35,771 bases of DNA from Octopus bimaculoides (taxonomy: Eukaryota). The position numbers and the translations under genes were made by a program. The notes below the pieces were generated by a model. That model was not told where the DNA came from. It saw nothing but the letters and a program-made list of their open reading frames with translations, and searched no databases. Shown here piece after piece: positions 25,051-35,771 of this stretch. The DNA is taken from positions 4,164,885 through 4,200,655 of the forward strand of contig NC_069005.1 in NCBI RefSeq assembly GCF_001194135.2, written 5' to 3'. Position 1 is the first letter of the stretch, and every line of letters begins with the position of its first letter.

Positions 25051-26068
25051 CCTCGGCTACAATTTTTTTTTTCATTAAGTTCCCGACAACGTCCCAACGG
25101 ATTTGTCGGAAACAGAAAAAAAATGACCCTGTTATTTAAAAATGTGTTTCTATAAACGATAGACGATCTGCCACTTCCTACTATTTTCTTGATATTTTGT
25201 AACCTTTCTAGTACACAATCGTTTTCATTGTTTCATAGGATCGGGCGCCATGATATTTTTTTCTGTTCATGGGATCCATGTTCATATGTCTGAGTATATA
25301 AATTCGTGCAAGAAGTACGCAGCTTCACAGTAATCTCGTGTAAACCCAAGCGATGGTCTGCGCATTCTGCGTATCTGAGACGTGAGATTGGTTCCTGGGA
25401 CACAAATTTGTGCTATCAGTAGAATCGTTCAATGGCGGCTTACACATATTGTCACAGATTAATCCGTAATAAGCTTAACATGGTTAACAAATGAGCACAC
25501 CGTTCTATCCCGGATCAGCGATGAATGAATCAGTAACATCTGGAGGTATTTGTTTTCATTTATTCTCTATTTGTTCACTTGTTCAGGGCGCTAAATAATT
25601 CTAAATTGAAATTTTCTTTTCTTTACTTTCTTCTAGTCTCGACTAATTCTGCTTTTAAAAGCCGACATTTCAATCACTAATGCAAATGAGAACAGTGATG
25701 TATGTCGCCTCCAATTAATTAACAAGTAGTTAATCCGTCAAATGTCTGAAAAATTTGTTTATGCCCAAATTCTGGAATCTAATTAACTATTTATGAAGAA
25801 CAATTATTTCAGCTGATAACTTCAGTTCTATACACTAAGATAACATGATTCCAGATACTCCTCTAAAAATCAGAACAAAACGTACAGACTAATCAAGATT
25901 ATTCCACCTAAATTTAATCACTTTATTTCATTAGATAATATCGTTTATCTTATGTATTAAATTGTTTTATTTTATTTTGTATTTGAAGAACTGATTGAAA
26001 TAAAATGTCTATGCCATTAATCGTTGAAAAAAACTGAACTTATCTTTGTTTCTTTCTTATAGAAGTGC

Positions 26069-26069
<1 letters not shown>

Positions 26070-26131
<62 letters not shown>
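26070..26131. repeat. (GATA)n array
   Basis: Direct sequence. Confidence 0.95.
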
Positions 26132-26133
<2 letters not shown>

Positions 26134-26149
26134 TGGGCCTGTGTATATA

Positions 26150-26345
26150 TCTCTGTTGAGCTTGTTTGCTGGCTTGTTTGCATCCCCGTAATATAGCGGT
26201 TTGGTAATAGAGTATGATTGAATAAGCGGCAAACTTTAAAAAATAAAAATTATGATCTCTGGGTTCGAGTCATTCAACCATAATTGTTTAAGTCGGTACA
26301 CCTGTATGGCCGTCATTTAATAAATTAAACAAATAAAAGACAAAC
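26150..26345 (+). mobile_element. Degenerate SINE body plus tail
   Basis: gcttgtttgcatccccgtaatatagcggtttgg...gaataag...gtatggccgtcattt...aaacaaataaaagac. Confidence 0.65.
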
Positions 26346-26813
26346 TGGATTATAAGGCCGTTAAAACATCGTATGTTATTTCCACGAACATCGAAGCGAA
26401 GAAGGAGAAACAAAAAACATAGCAGAACCAAAACACATACTTATAGCGTGCCGTGTAAAGTTTAAATATTTTCAACCTACATTGCGTTCATTCTGATGAG
26501 TTCCATGTATCTATAAAACATTCACGTACATAAGAGTGTGTAGCAAGTTATAATAGATATACTATAATAGGTGTTCATTAGAAAGCTATTAAGAATATAG
26601 CTAATAAATCAATAGACCCTGCAAAAAGATTGCTTATAATTACTATAACCAATAAACGCTACAGGATATTTCTGCCATAAAAAAACCAAAAAAATGTTCA
26701 GCTGAAATATAGATATGTTTTGATCGATATTAATGCAAGAACCGACAAACACACGCATGCACACAGACACACTGTCACAGACACAGACACAGACACGCAG
26801 ACATAAATGTACG

Positions 26814-26852
<39 letters not shown>

Positions 26853-27189
26853 AGAGAGGGAGAGAGAAAAGTAGATAAATAGATAAACATGTACATACAT
26901 ATGCATAAGTACATATATACACACATATGCATCCATGCATACATATGTATGTGTACATATATACATGCATATGTGTGTGTGTGTGTGTGTGCGTGCGCGC
27001 GCTTAGATATACGTATACGTGCCCTCTCAAAGCCACACATGCACATATGTTATATATAGATATATCGTAACGCATTATCTAACAGTCAGTTTCCTCATGT
27101 TTTTTTCTCTTTTTTGCATAACATTGTGTTTATGTGCCTCCCGTAGATAGAAAGATAAGGAAAAAATACTGATATATAGATAGATGGCT

Positions 27190-27655
27190 AGATACATAGA
27201 TAAATATATGATTAGATAAATAGATAGATAGAGATAAAGAGATAGATAGAGATAGATAGAGATCGATAGATAGATCGATAGATAGATAGATAGATAGATA
27301 GATACATACATACATACATACATACATACATACATACATACATACATACGTACGTATGTAGGTAGGTAGGTAGGTATGTATGTAGGTAGGTAGGTAGGTA
27401 TGTATGTATGTATGTATGTATGTATGTATGTAGGTAGGTAGGTAGGTAGGTAGGTAGGTAGGTAGGTAGGTAGGTAGGTAGGTAGATCTATAGACAGACA
27501 GACAGATACGTAGATGGATAGATAGATAGATAGATACATACATACATACATACATACATAATTGGATAAATTCATGGTTAGGTATTGTAGATTGATACAT
27601 ACATACATACATACATACATACATACATACATACATACATACATACATACATACG
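27190..27655. repeat. Large compound tetranucleotide array (GATA, CATA, GGTA, TATG, GACA)
   Basis: Direct sequence. Confidence 0.95.
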
Positions 27656-28997
27656 CGGATAGAGAGATCAAGAAGTAATCTGAATTAAGCTAGGAATTAT
27701 TAGAAATTCTATCAAGAGATATATTAGATGTTCTTTAAGAATGTCTGAAAGATAATTAATATTCACATATGGCATGTGTAGGTAATGAAATAAAACTAAT
27801 CGTTAATTAGTGCTATCTTGGTGGTTTGACGTTTCCAGACAGTGGAAATTTATATTGAATACTGAATAATATCATTTCGTTTCGTCTCTTTTTTCTCCAC
27901 TAAAGAAATCGATGTTAACTACTACCATTTCGCGTAACAGAAAGTTATCTGTTGCTCTTTTCTCTTGTAAGTGTATGCTTCTTTGTGTGTGCTTGTGTGT
28001 CCCTAAGTGTGCGTGGTGGATGCACGGCGGTGCGTCCAGTATTACGGACGGCATTAGTACTACTTTCTATTAGTGATCCTTACACCATACACAAAAGATA
28101 TATATTCTTGAAAGCCTTCTAAACTGCAGTATCCTACTCGGGAAAGCATCGCCTAGATGTATACTGTAAAATAATGAAAAAGTGCATCAACAGCAGACGA
28201 AAAGCCATCACGGTTGCTGCATTACGGCCTCATTGTGGTTCCGGTTCGCCTGTCAGAATAGTTTCTTCTAAGACATACATACAGATACACATACACACAC
28301 GCCCACGCACACACACACAAACACACACACACACACACACATTTATATATTAGAGACTAATGTTTCGTAATAGGCATGCATGTTTTTCTGAGTACCAAGT
28401 TTGTTCACTTTACTAGTTAACTGGTAAAGTTAACTAATTCTGAACCAGTAACAGTTTAAACGCACAGATATAAAGAAAAAAAAAAGAAAAATTCTAAGCG
28501 AGATACATTATACTGCACAGTATTAAAAATATATATACATATGTAAAATAACAAATACTATAGCTTAGATTAGGTTCATAGAAATGAGTTGGTAAGAGAC
28601 AGAAAAAAAAAGCGAAAGAAAGGAAAAGAAAAGATGTGATAGCACGTGACACCTTAACAAATGCGTGCCCTGTTGTCGGAAATGAGCTACAAAAGTGAGC
28701 GCAAGTTCCAACGCTAATTGTATCTTTGTAGCAAATGTGATTTAGGTCACGCAAGTACAACTGATGCCGTTCTTTAGTTTTTGATTTCGAATATGAGGTG
28801 AATGATGATATGTTTCATTGTGGAATATACACCAAGGCACATACAGATCTTGATTTACGTAACATTGTTCTGAGATATGCAAAAAGATATTGTCGTGCTG
28901 CTTCACACGGACGTGCGACGTCATTTTCATCAACACGCACACAGACTTTACTGCATGAGATTACATGTAAATGTACAGACTATCATATTGAGGATTA

Positions 28998-29028
<31 letters not shown>

Positions 29029-29562
29029 NNNNNNNNNNNNNNNNNNNNNNNNNNNNNNNNNNNNNNNNNNNNNNNNNNNNNNNNNNNNNNNNNNNNNNNN
29101 NNNNNNNNNNNNNNNNNNNNNNNNNNNNNNNNNNNNNNNNNNNNNNNNNNNNNNNNNNNNNNNNNNNNNNNNNNNNNNNNNNNNNNNNNNNNNNNNNNNN
29201 NNNNNNNNNNNNNNNNNNNNNNNNNNNNNNNNNNNNNNNNNNNNNNNNNNNNNNNNNNNNNNNNNNNNNNNNNNNNNNNNNNNNNNNNNNNNNNNNNNNN
29301 NNNNNNNNNNNNNNNNNNNNNNNNNNNNNNNNNNNNNNNNNNNNNNNNNNNNNNNNNNNNNNNNNNNNNNNNNNNNNNNNNNNNNNNNNNNNNNNNNNNN
29401 NNNNNNNNNNNNNNNNNNNNNNNNNNNNNNNNNNNNNNNNNNNNNNNNNNNNNNNNATCATACACACACCCAAACACCCACATATCATCATTCATACACC
29501 TATACACAATCTTCAGTAGCGTCTCCCCTCACACCACTACATGAGCAGCTACAAGTTAGAGA

Positions 29563-29609
<47 letters not shown>

Positions 29610-29824
29610 GCACAAACTCCGCATGTGACAGTCAGTAGCTCCTATTCAAACGCACAGAATTACACACTCATGCACACCATACTCTCATACACACATGCAC
29701 ACGCGTGCGTCTTTATCTGGAATCACCAGTACTTTATTATCTCCATTTCTTTCACGCTCTTCTTTCGACTCGTTTTCTACTTATTCACCATGCTTGACCG
29801 ATAAAGCTACAGGTTTTCTTTTTT

Positions 29825-29945
29825 TCTTAATTCTCTCACTAATTCCTTTTTGTTGAAGAGCGTAGACTCGAAACGTAAAAGTCTTCTTCATTCCCGGAGC
29901 GTGAAATTAATAAACCTGCTTGTTGTCCATACACCTGTCTTCGTC
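29825..29945 (+). mobile_element. Possible Penelope-like terminal-repeat remnant with a hammerhead-like motif
   Basis: ttgaagagcgtagactcgaaacgta has the TGAAGA-hairpin-CGAAACG signature typical of Penelope-like pLTR minimal hammerheads. No coding part is visible. Confidence 0.45.
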
Positions 29946-29949
29946 GTGT

Positions 29950-30210
29950 TTTAGTCGAAAAAGTATAATAAACAACCCCAGGTCTTATGCTTTGTAAGCC
30001 TAGTACTGATTCTATTGGACGTAACTACTCCAGCATCGGTTGTTAAGCGATGCAGTGGGACAAACACAGACACAAAGACACACACACGCACACATGAATA
30101 CATACATAGCCTCGGACCAAGGTTTTAGTAGAAGACACTAGCCCAAAGTACCGCGCAGCGGAACTGAATCCTGGAACCATGTGATTGGGAAATAAACTCA
30201 ACCACTCCCA
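29950..30210 (-). mobile_element. SINE head plus internally deleted body
   Basis: aaccccaggtcttatgctttgtaagcctagtactgattctat...ccagcatcggttgttaagcgatg...gggacaaacacagacac...gtagaagacact...ggaactgaatcctggaaccatgtg...accactcc. Confidence 0.88.
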
Positions 30211-30217
30211 TATATGC

Positions 30218-30255
<38 letters not shown>

Positions 30256-31014
30256 NNNNNNNNNNNNNNNNNNNNNNNNNNNNNNNNNNNNNNNNNNNNN
30301 NNNNNNNNNNTGTGTGTGTGTGTGTGTGTGTGTACATATATCATCTACATGATGTGATTATAACTGCGTAATCTAGTGTTCTTTGGACCACCTATATTTT
30401 ATATCCATATCCTAGTTTTAACTTTCCACCGACAGAAAGCAACACAGAAATACAAATAATAAAAGAAAACAATATTGAAAATAAATTAATGAAAATAACA
30501 ATCAAAGACGCAAAATATAAAGTAAATAAACTGACCCGTAGAAATTAATGAAAATAAAAACAAAAATCAAAAGTATAAAATATACAACCACTTATTCAGT
30601 CCATTTTCTAGCATAGATATGTCGTGACTTTATGAAGATAGATGAACAAAGACCTGTTGTGAATGATTATAATTATTGATCGAAGAATTCCTTATCTCGT
30701 GTTTGTAAGTGCTCTACTTGAAAGGAAATCATTTTCGCATGGTCAACTTGCTAACGCAGCGGGATACCAGGCTATCGGCCAGCGAACTTGTTTATTACTT
30801 GTTCATTAACTTCATTTTGACTGGACTCGGGTCGCATCACAGTTGATTTATCAATACCAGTCGTTGAGAGATGTTACTAAAACAAAAGAAATTGTTCTCC
30901 CCCACCGTTTAGAATAAAGACTGTTCATTCTGTTTTCTATTATAAGTTTTACACACTCACAAACGCACACAAACATACACACACCAACACATACACACGT
31001 CCTCGAGTGGTGTG

Positions 31015-31200
31015 CGCGAAGACGCGGGTGGAATAGTGGTTGCGTTATGCGGCTCACTATCGTAAAGTTGTGTGTTCGATTCATAGTGAACAGTTCTGTC
31101 CTTGAGCAAGACACTTTACTCCACGTTCATTCACTCCATTCAGCTGGCAGAAATGAGTTGTACCTGTAATTCAAGGAACAAGCTTTGTCACACTCTTTGT
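31015..31200 (+). mobile_element. SINE (third head type) with tRNA-like head
   Basis: tagtggtt (A-box-like)...ggctcactatcgtaaagttgtgtgttcgattc (B-box-like)...tgtccttgagcaagacactttactccacgtt...tccattcagctggcagaaatgagt. Confidence 0.8.
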
Positions 31201-31344
31201 CACGCGGGATCTATGTTCAGTTTACTCATTTCTATGCATTATTCAGGAATTGCAGGTTCATTTCACGAACAGATTGTTCCTTTAATTAACTGGAACACTC
31301 ACCACTGCAACGGACACAATGCCAATATACTTATACTTTGATAC

Positions 31345-31560
31345 GTTGATTGGTGTCGGCCAGTACTGGCCCAGGCCATATCTAACTTAAAAGCACCACC
31401 TGGCGAAGTCATTCAAATCAGGAATAGACAAGTAGAGAGTTATTGTTTACGGAGGCATATCCGGATGTAGGAGGTTTATCCAGCGTTTCATGAAGGAACA
31501 TGTCCAAAGACTTCTTCAACTTTATGGGGCCTCTTTCTGCTTTAATTTGTTTATTATGTT
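31345..31560 (-). mobile_element. CR1/L2-group LINE 3' end (ORF2 C-terminus plus short tail)
   Basis: Minus-strand peptide IKAERGPIKLKKSLDMFLHETLDKPPTSGYASVNNNSLL resembles CR1-group termini (FKxxLDxFL...PDxP...NSL). It is followed by a ggtggtgc...atggcc tail. Clade is inferred from recalled patterns. Confidence 0.55.
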
Positions 31561-31947
31561 CTGGGCTATTTTCCTCTTGGACACTTCTATATATCAAACA
31601 TACATACATTCACCATTATTTCTTTTTTTCTTTCTTTTCTTTCGTTCCTACTATATTCTGTAAATTTGTACTGGATATATTTGGGGTTTCAACTTCGGAT
31701 TTACAAACTAAACGTGCAGTATAAAGCAAATTTGGGGCTTCGGTACATTACACTGTCTTCACTGGACAAGTTAATTAGCAAAGTTTGTTAAACATACGTA
31801 CAGACATAAAACACACAAACATACATATGTTTATATATTTATGCATTTGTTTTGGGTTTGCGTATGCATGTTCGCGTGTGCCTGTGTTTCTGATGCCGTC
31901 TCCCCATTCAGCTTGACAACCGTTGATAATATTAGTGTTCTTCTCCA

Positions 31948-32143
31948 AGGTGGCGAGCTGGCAGAAACGTTAACGCGCCAGGCGAAGAAAAGCTCTAAGG
32001 TATACCATCTCTTTTACGTTCTGAGTTCAAATTCCGCCGAGGTCGACATTGTCTTTTACTCTTTCGGGGGTTGATAAATTAAGTACTCCAGCATGGCCGC
32101 AGTCAAGTGACTGAAACAAATAAAAGATTGATAGAATAAAAGA
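31948..32143 (+). mobile_element. SINE: gagctggcagaaacgtta head joined to the ccagcatggccgcagtc tail
   Basis: ggcgagctggcagaaacgttaacgcgccaggcgaa...ttacgttctgagttcaaattccgccgaggtcgac (B-box-like gttcaaatt)...aagtactccagcatggccgcagtcaagtgactgaaacaaataaaaga. Confidence 0.9.
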
Positions 32144-32213
32144 ATATATGAATATGTATGTATTGAAATACATACGTTTGTGTGTGCGCGCGTGTTTGTG
32201 CGTACGTCATATT

Positions 32214-32254
<41 letters not shown>

Positions 32255-32714
32255 GGTTGTGTGTCTCTATGTATATGTATATATAGTTATATGGATATAT
32301 ATAATGGTATGTAACCACACACGAAAACACACAATTATGTACACGCATAGCAAAACCCACACTCACATATTATTGTGTTTGTGTTTGTGTGTGTGTGTGT
32401 ACACACGAATTATTCATTAAAACATTATTTGTTATTAAACAGTAAGCGGATCAAGTCATAAACGTATGGAGACGATGGAGGTTAAAGCTTAAACTGTGGA
32501 AATTTCCAGAATATTCTGCTGCACTTGAAATCTGGAAATTAAATCAAATGATTAATTGAAAAGGTCATTAACATTTTAATTTATTTTTGTTTCTTTTTAA
32601 TTTAAGATTAAATAATTTCTAAATTAATATTATTCAACGACACTTTCACCTCTCCGTGCAAAGCAAAATTTGAATATTCGACTTGGGATATTTCTTCTTT
32701 TCTCTACGTTTTCT

Positions 32715-33147
32715 TCGTCTTCTTGTTGTTGTAGATGTTGTTGTTGTTGTTGTTCCTTTTCTTCTTCTTCTTCTTCTTCGTCACCTCCCTTTTTTCTTTA
32801 TCTCCCCGTCTTGCTTCATTCAGCCTCTATCACATTCCTTTTCACCCAGTGTCTTCTCTTTCTTGTACTTTCTCCAAATCCACCTCCACCGCCTCCATTT
32901 CGCTCCTTCTCTTCCTTCCTTCTTTTCTTCCTTCCTCATTTGTCTTCTTTTCACTTGTTCCCTTTCTTTTAGTTATTTTCATTCTCTTCCCATTCCCCTT
33001 CCCCTCTTTTGTACCTTCTTACTCATGTTCTATCTCATTACCACATCTTCCGTCTTATTTTTACTTTCCATTCTTCTTCTTCTTCTTCTTCTTCTTCTTC
33101 TTCTTCTTCTTCTTCTTCTTCTTCTTCTTCTTCTTCTTCTTCTTCTT
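32715..33147. repeat. Pyrimidine-rich tract with (GTT)n and (TTC)n; long (TTC)n at about 33071-33147
   Basis: Direct sequence. It explains the poly-S/L/F ORFs. Confidence 0.9.
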
Positions 33148-34289
33148 GTAATTATATTTTTGCAGGTTATGCCATAAATATGATCAAAGTTCAAATCAGG
33201 AATCCTGCCAACATTTGTTGAACATTATCGAGAATCGCAGACTTCTAGCGAGAAATATAGCAGATTATATTTTAATTTGCACATGTTAATATCAACATCG
33301 ACACTCTATATATGCACGCATATTTGTTTAGATATATGTATTTATATATTTTCGTATGTATGTATGTAGATACGTAGAAAGTAGATAAGTAGGTAGGTAC
33401 ATGTGTAAGTATGAGCGTATGTATCTCTCTGTCTCTCCCACTTTCTCGCTCTCTCTTGCTTTCCATATATATTTTCACATACACATATAAATACTTATAT
33501 ATGAACATACATATATCCATATGCATACATATATAAATGTATGGATTTTTTTTATATATACACATATAAACACATATATGTGCCTAATATATATATATAT
33601 ATATATATATATNNNNNNNNNNNNNNNNNNNNNNNNNNNNNNNNNNNNNNNNNNNNNNNNNNNNNNNNNNNNNNNNNNNNNNNNNNNNNNNNNNNNNNNN
33701 NNNNNNNNNNNNNNNNNNNNNNNNNNNNNNNNNNNNNNNNNNNNNNNNNNNNNNNNNNNNNNNNNNNNNNNNNNNNNNNNNNNNNNNNNNNNNNNNNNNN
33801 NNNNNNNNNNNNNNNNNNNNNNNNNNNNNNNNNNNNNNNNNNNNNNNNNNNNNNNNNNNNNNNNNNNNNNNNNNNNNNNNNNNNNNNNNNNNNNNNNNNN
33901 NNNNNNNNNNNNNNNNNNNNNNNNNNNNNNNNNNAAAAAAATGATGCTTAGATCAAACTGAACATGAAATAAATAAATAAATAAATAAACAAATGAATTT
34001 TTTAATATTGCAGCTGTTTTTGTGTGTGCTTTAGATTATAATTACACACTTGCTGTTCATTTTTGTTTGTGAAATATTTAATAGGTTTTTATATCAAAAT
34101 ATGTATTTTGATCTGAAGATACCTTTGACTTTAAAACTTGTTTCAATCTTCTTGTATCTTGTTATAATAGGATACTATTTTCGTACTTACTTGGCTAATG
34201 ACATTTCTTTAAGCAAGAATATAAACATAATCAGTTGAAATTCAGAATTTATGCTCCGTAAGATAAGTTAGCTTAACAAGTTGAGTTTG

Positions 34290-34470
34290 CTCAGTCATTG
34301 GCACAGTAGAAAAAATAGTTCAGCGTAATTTTGTCCGTCTTTACGTTCGGAGTTCAAATTCTGCCGATGTCAACTTTGCTTTTGATTACTTCGAGGACGA
34401 TAAGATAAGTACCAGTTGCACTGTGGCATCCATGTAATTAATCTACTTATCGCCACCCTCTAAATGTTGG
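34290..34470 (+). mobile_element. Degenerate SINE (gagctggcagaa-head family)
   Basis: tccgtctttacgttcggagttcaaattctgccgatgtcaactttgctttt...gataagataagtaccagttgcactg...atgtaat is collinear with 31948-32085. Confidence 0.8.
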
Positions 34471-35097
34471 ATTTTCTGGAAAGAAGTAAGGAGGCATCAC
34501 ATGTCCTCCATTGCTGAAAACCCCTAAAACCGTGATAGTTGCAGGAAATTTTCTATGTATAACACTTAGAACTTCAGAAGGGTCTGCACATAACCATCTG
34601 CCATTTCTTCTGTTAACTCCTTGATCTTAGTCGAGGTTTTTCTCGTTTGATATAAAACGAAATCAAATCTTCTTCTGCTGATTTTTCAGTTTGTTTAAGT
34701 GCCTTTTAGATCGGATGCAGTAATTTGCTTTTGCTTTCATTTGCTCACATAAGACGTATATGTGATATATTCCTGGACAACATATCTAACTGTTCCTCCT
34801 TACAAATGGAGATCATTTGCAATTGACGTCATGGACTTTCTGGGAATGTAATCAATGATCTGTTGAACTTGCTGGATAATTTCAGGGGTTCTGATAATTC
34901 CAGAGCGTTTAGAACCTTTTTATGCTTTGATACTGGGGATACGTTTCCGTCTTCAATCTCAAACTCCTTACAAACTTTGTAGATGAAAGATCTGGCGACT
35001 TAAAAAATCAAGATATTTCTAAACCGCTATGCTCAGCCTTTATAACCACAATAACAGTATGCCTCCTCATTTCATTAGCAAGCTGAGGGTCTGCCAT
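34470..35097 (-). mobile_element. Tc1/mariner-superfamily (maT/DD37D-like) transposase pseudogene, N-terminal half
   Basis: From the ATG at 35097, with frameshifts: MADPQLANEMRRHTVIVVIKAEHSGLEIS*F..VARSFIYKVCKEFE...SKRSGIIRTPEIIQQVQQII...SIANDLH...KRHLNKLK..AEEDLISF.SNEKNLD*DQGVNRRNGRWLCADPSEV...KFPATITVLGVFSNGGHVMPPYFFP. The first catalytic motif SDEK is mutated to SNEK. Confidence 0.9.
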
Positions 35098-35707
35098 TAT
35101 TATTTTCTGAAACAATGATTATACAGTGTTTGCAAAAAACGCATCAATGAATCCCAANNNNNNNNNNATATATAAACATCTGCTTATGTACATAAATGGA
35201 TAGGTAAACGCATATAAGAATGACTATGTCAGTGATTAGTTGCTCATTTATGTTATATATATATATATATATCTGTCTACCTATACACACACACACGCAC
35301 ATGTAGTCGCCTAAAAGAACAGTGAAAAATAAAATTTAAAATGAACGAAGCGCTGATTATTCGCTTCAGTTAAGGCAGGCAATTTATCTGAACGATTAGC
35401 AAAATAGATCTCAAATGACTTTACTGAATCCAGAATATCCAGAATAATCGTATAAGGATTACGGTTTCTAGATTCTCTTTATGTATTCATAGAGATGTAG
35501 AGGATTAAAACTGTTTCTGCTTGAATTATTCTACTCAATAATTCCATCACGCTTAAATGAAGCAGTCACTTATCTCCGAACGCACTCATTCGCTCTAATA
35601 TATAAAATTTCCTCTCTCTGCTTTCTCTATTTCATTTTTGTCGCTGACTTTCGGCGTACTAAACATCCGCTTTCTCAGCTGTAGGTGCATAGAGACAAAC
35701 GTTAATA

Positions 35708-35725
35708 CGTGTGTGTGTATGTGTG

Positions 35726-35771
<46 letters not shown>
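35708..35771. repeat. (TG)n then (TA)n microsatellite
   Basis: Direct sequence. Confidence 0.95.

Noticed and set aside
28798-29000. ORF start MNDDMFHCGIYTKAHTDLDLRNIVLRYAKRY...
   Set aside because: No recognisable domain; the frame runs into (TA)n and a gap.
9332-31080. tRNA-like A/B boxes as tRNA genes
   Set aside because: No complete cloverleaf; all are SINE heads.
31358-31371. 14-bp palindrome GGCCAGTACTGGCC
   Set aside because: Palindromes of this length are roughly expected in 35 kb, and it lies inside the LINE tail already described.
382-33961. Long ORFs spanning N-gaps or microsatellites (poly-X, YIYI, CVCV, THTH, poly-D/S/F/L)
   Set aside because: Artefacts of gaps and stop-free simple repeats; no coding signal.
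1-35771. CRISPR array or prokaryotic operon/defence system
   Set aside because: No repeat-spacer periodicity and no dense ORFs; the sequence is eukaryotic repeat-rich DNA.

Overview
AT-rich eukaryotic, largely non-coding DNA from a gapped draft scaffold. There are 13 N-gaps (468-543, 2342-2490, 8510-8780, 12114-12532, 13652-14223, 14857-15190, 16545-16616, 20113-20187, 23384-23394, 29029-29456, 30256-30310, 33613-33934, 35158-35167), most abutting microsatellites. No intact protein-coding gene, rRNA, tRNA gene or CRISPR array is supported. Nearly all ORF-track entries are microsatellite or N artefacts. The window is a mosaic of simple repeats, about 15 tRNA-derived SINE fragments and decayed autonomous elements: two RTE LINE 3' pieces, two R4/Dong-like (RLE) LINE pieces, a CR1-like LINE 3' end, a maT-like Tc1/mariner transposase and a probable Ty3/gypsy remnant. 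The SINE motifs and microsatellite density resemble Octopus repeats as I recall them; this is an inference, not a search result. I found no convincing novel multi-gene system. The best leads are a degenerate minimal hammerhead-like motif (29846-29881), an inverted plus direct duplication at the R4 3' end, a SINE tail matching the tail of a local CR1-like LINE, and one candidate minus-strand exon. TE boundaries are approximate and were set by eye.
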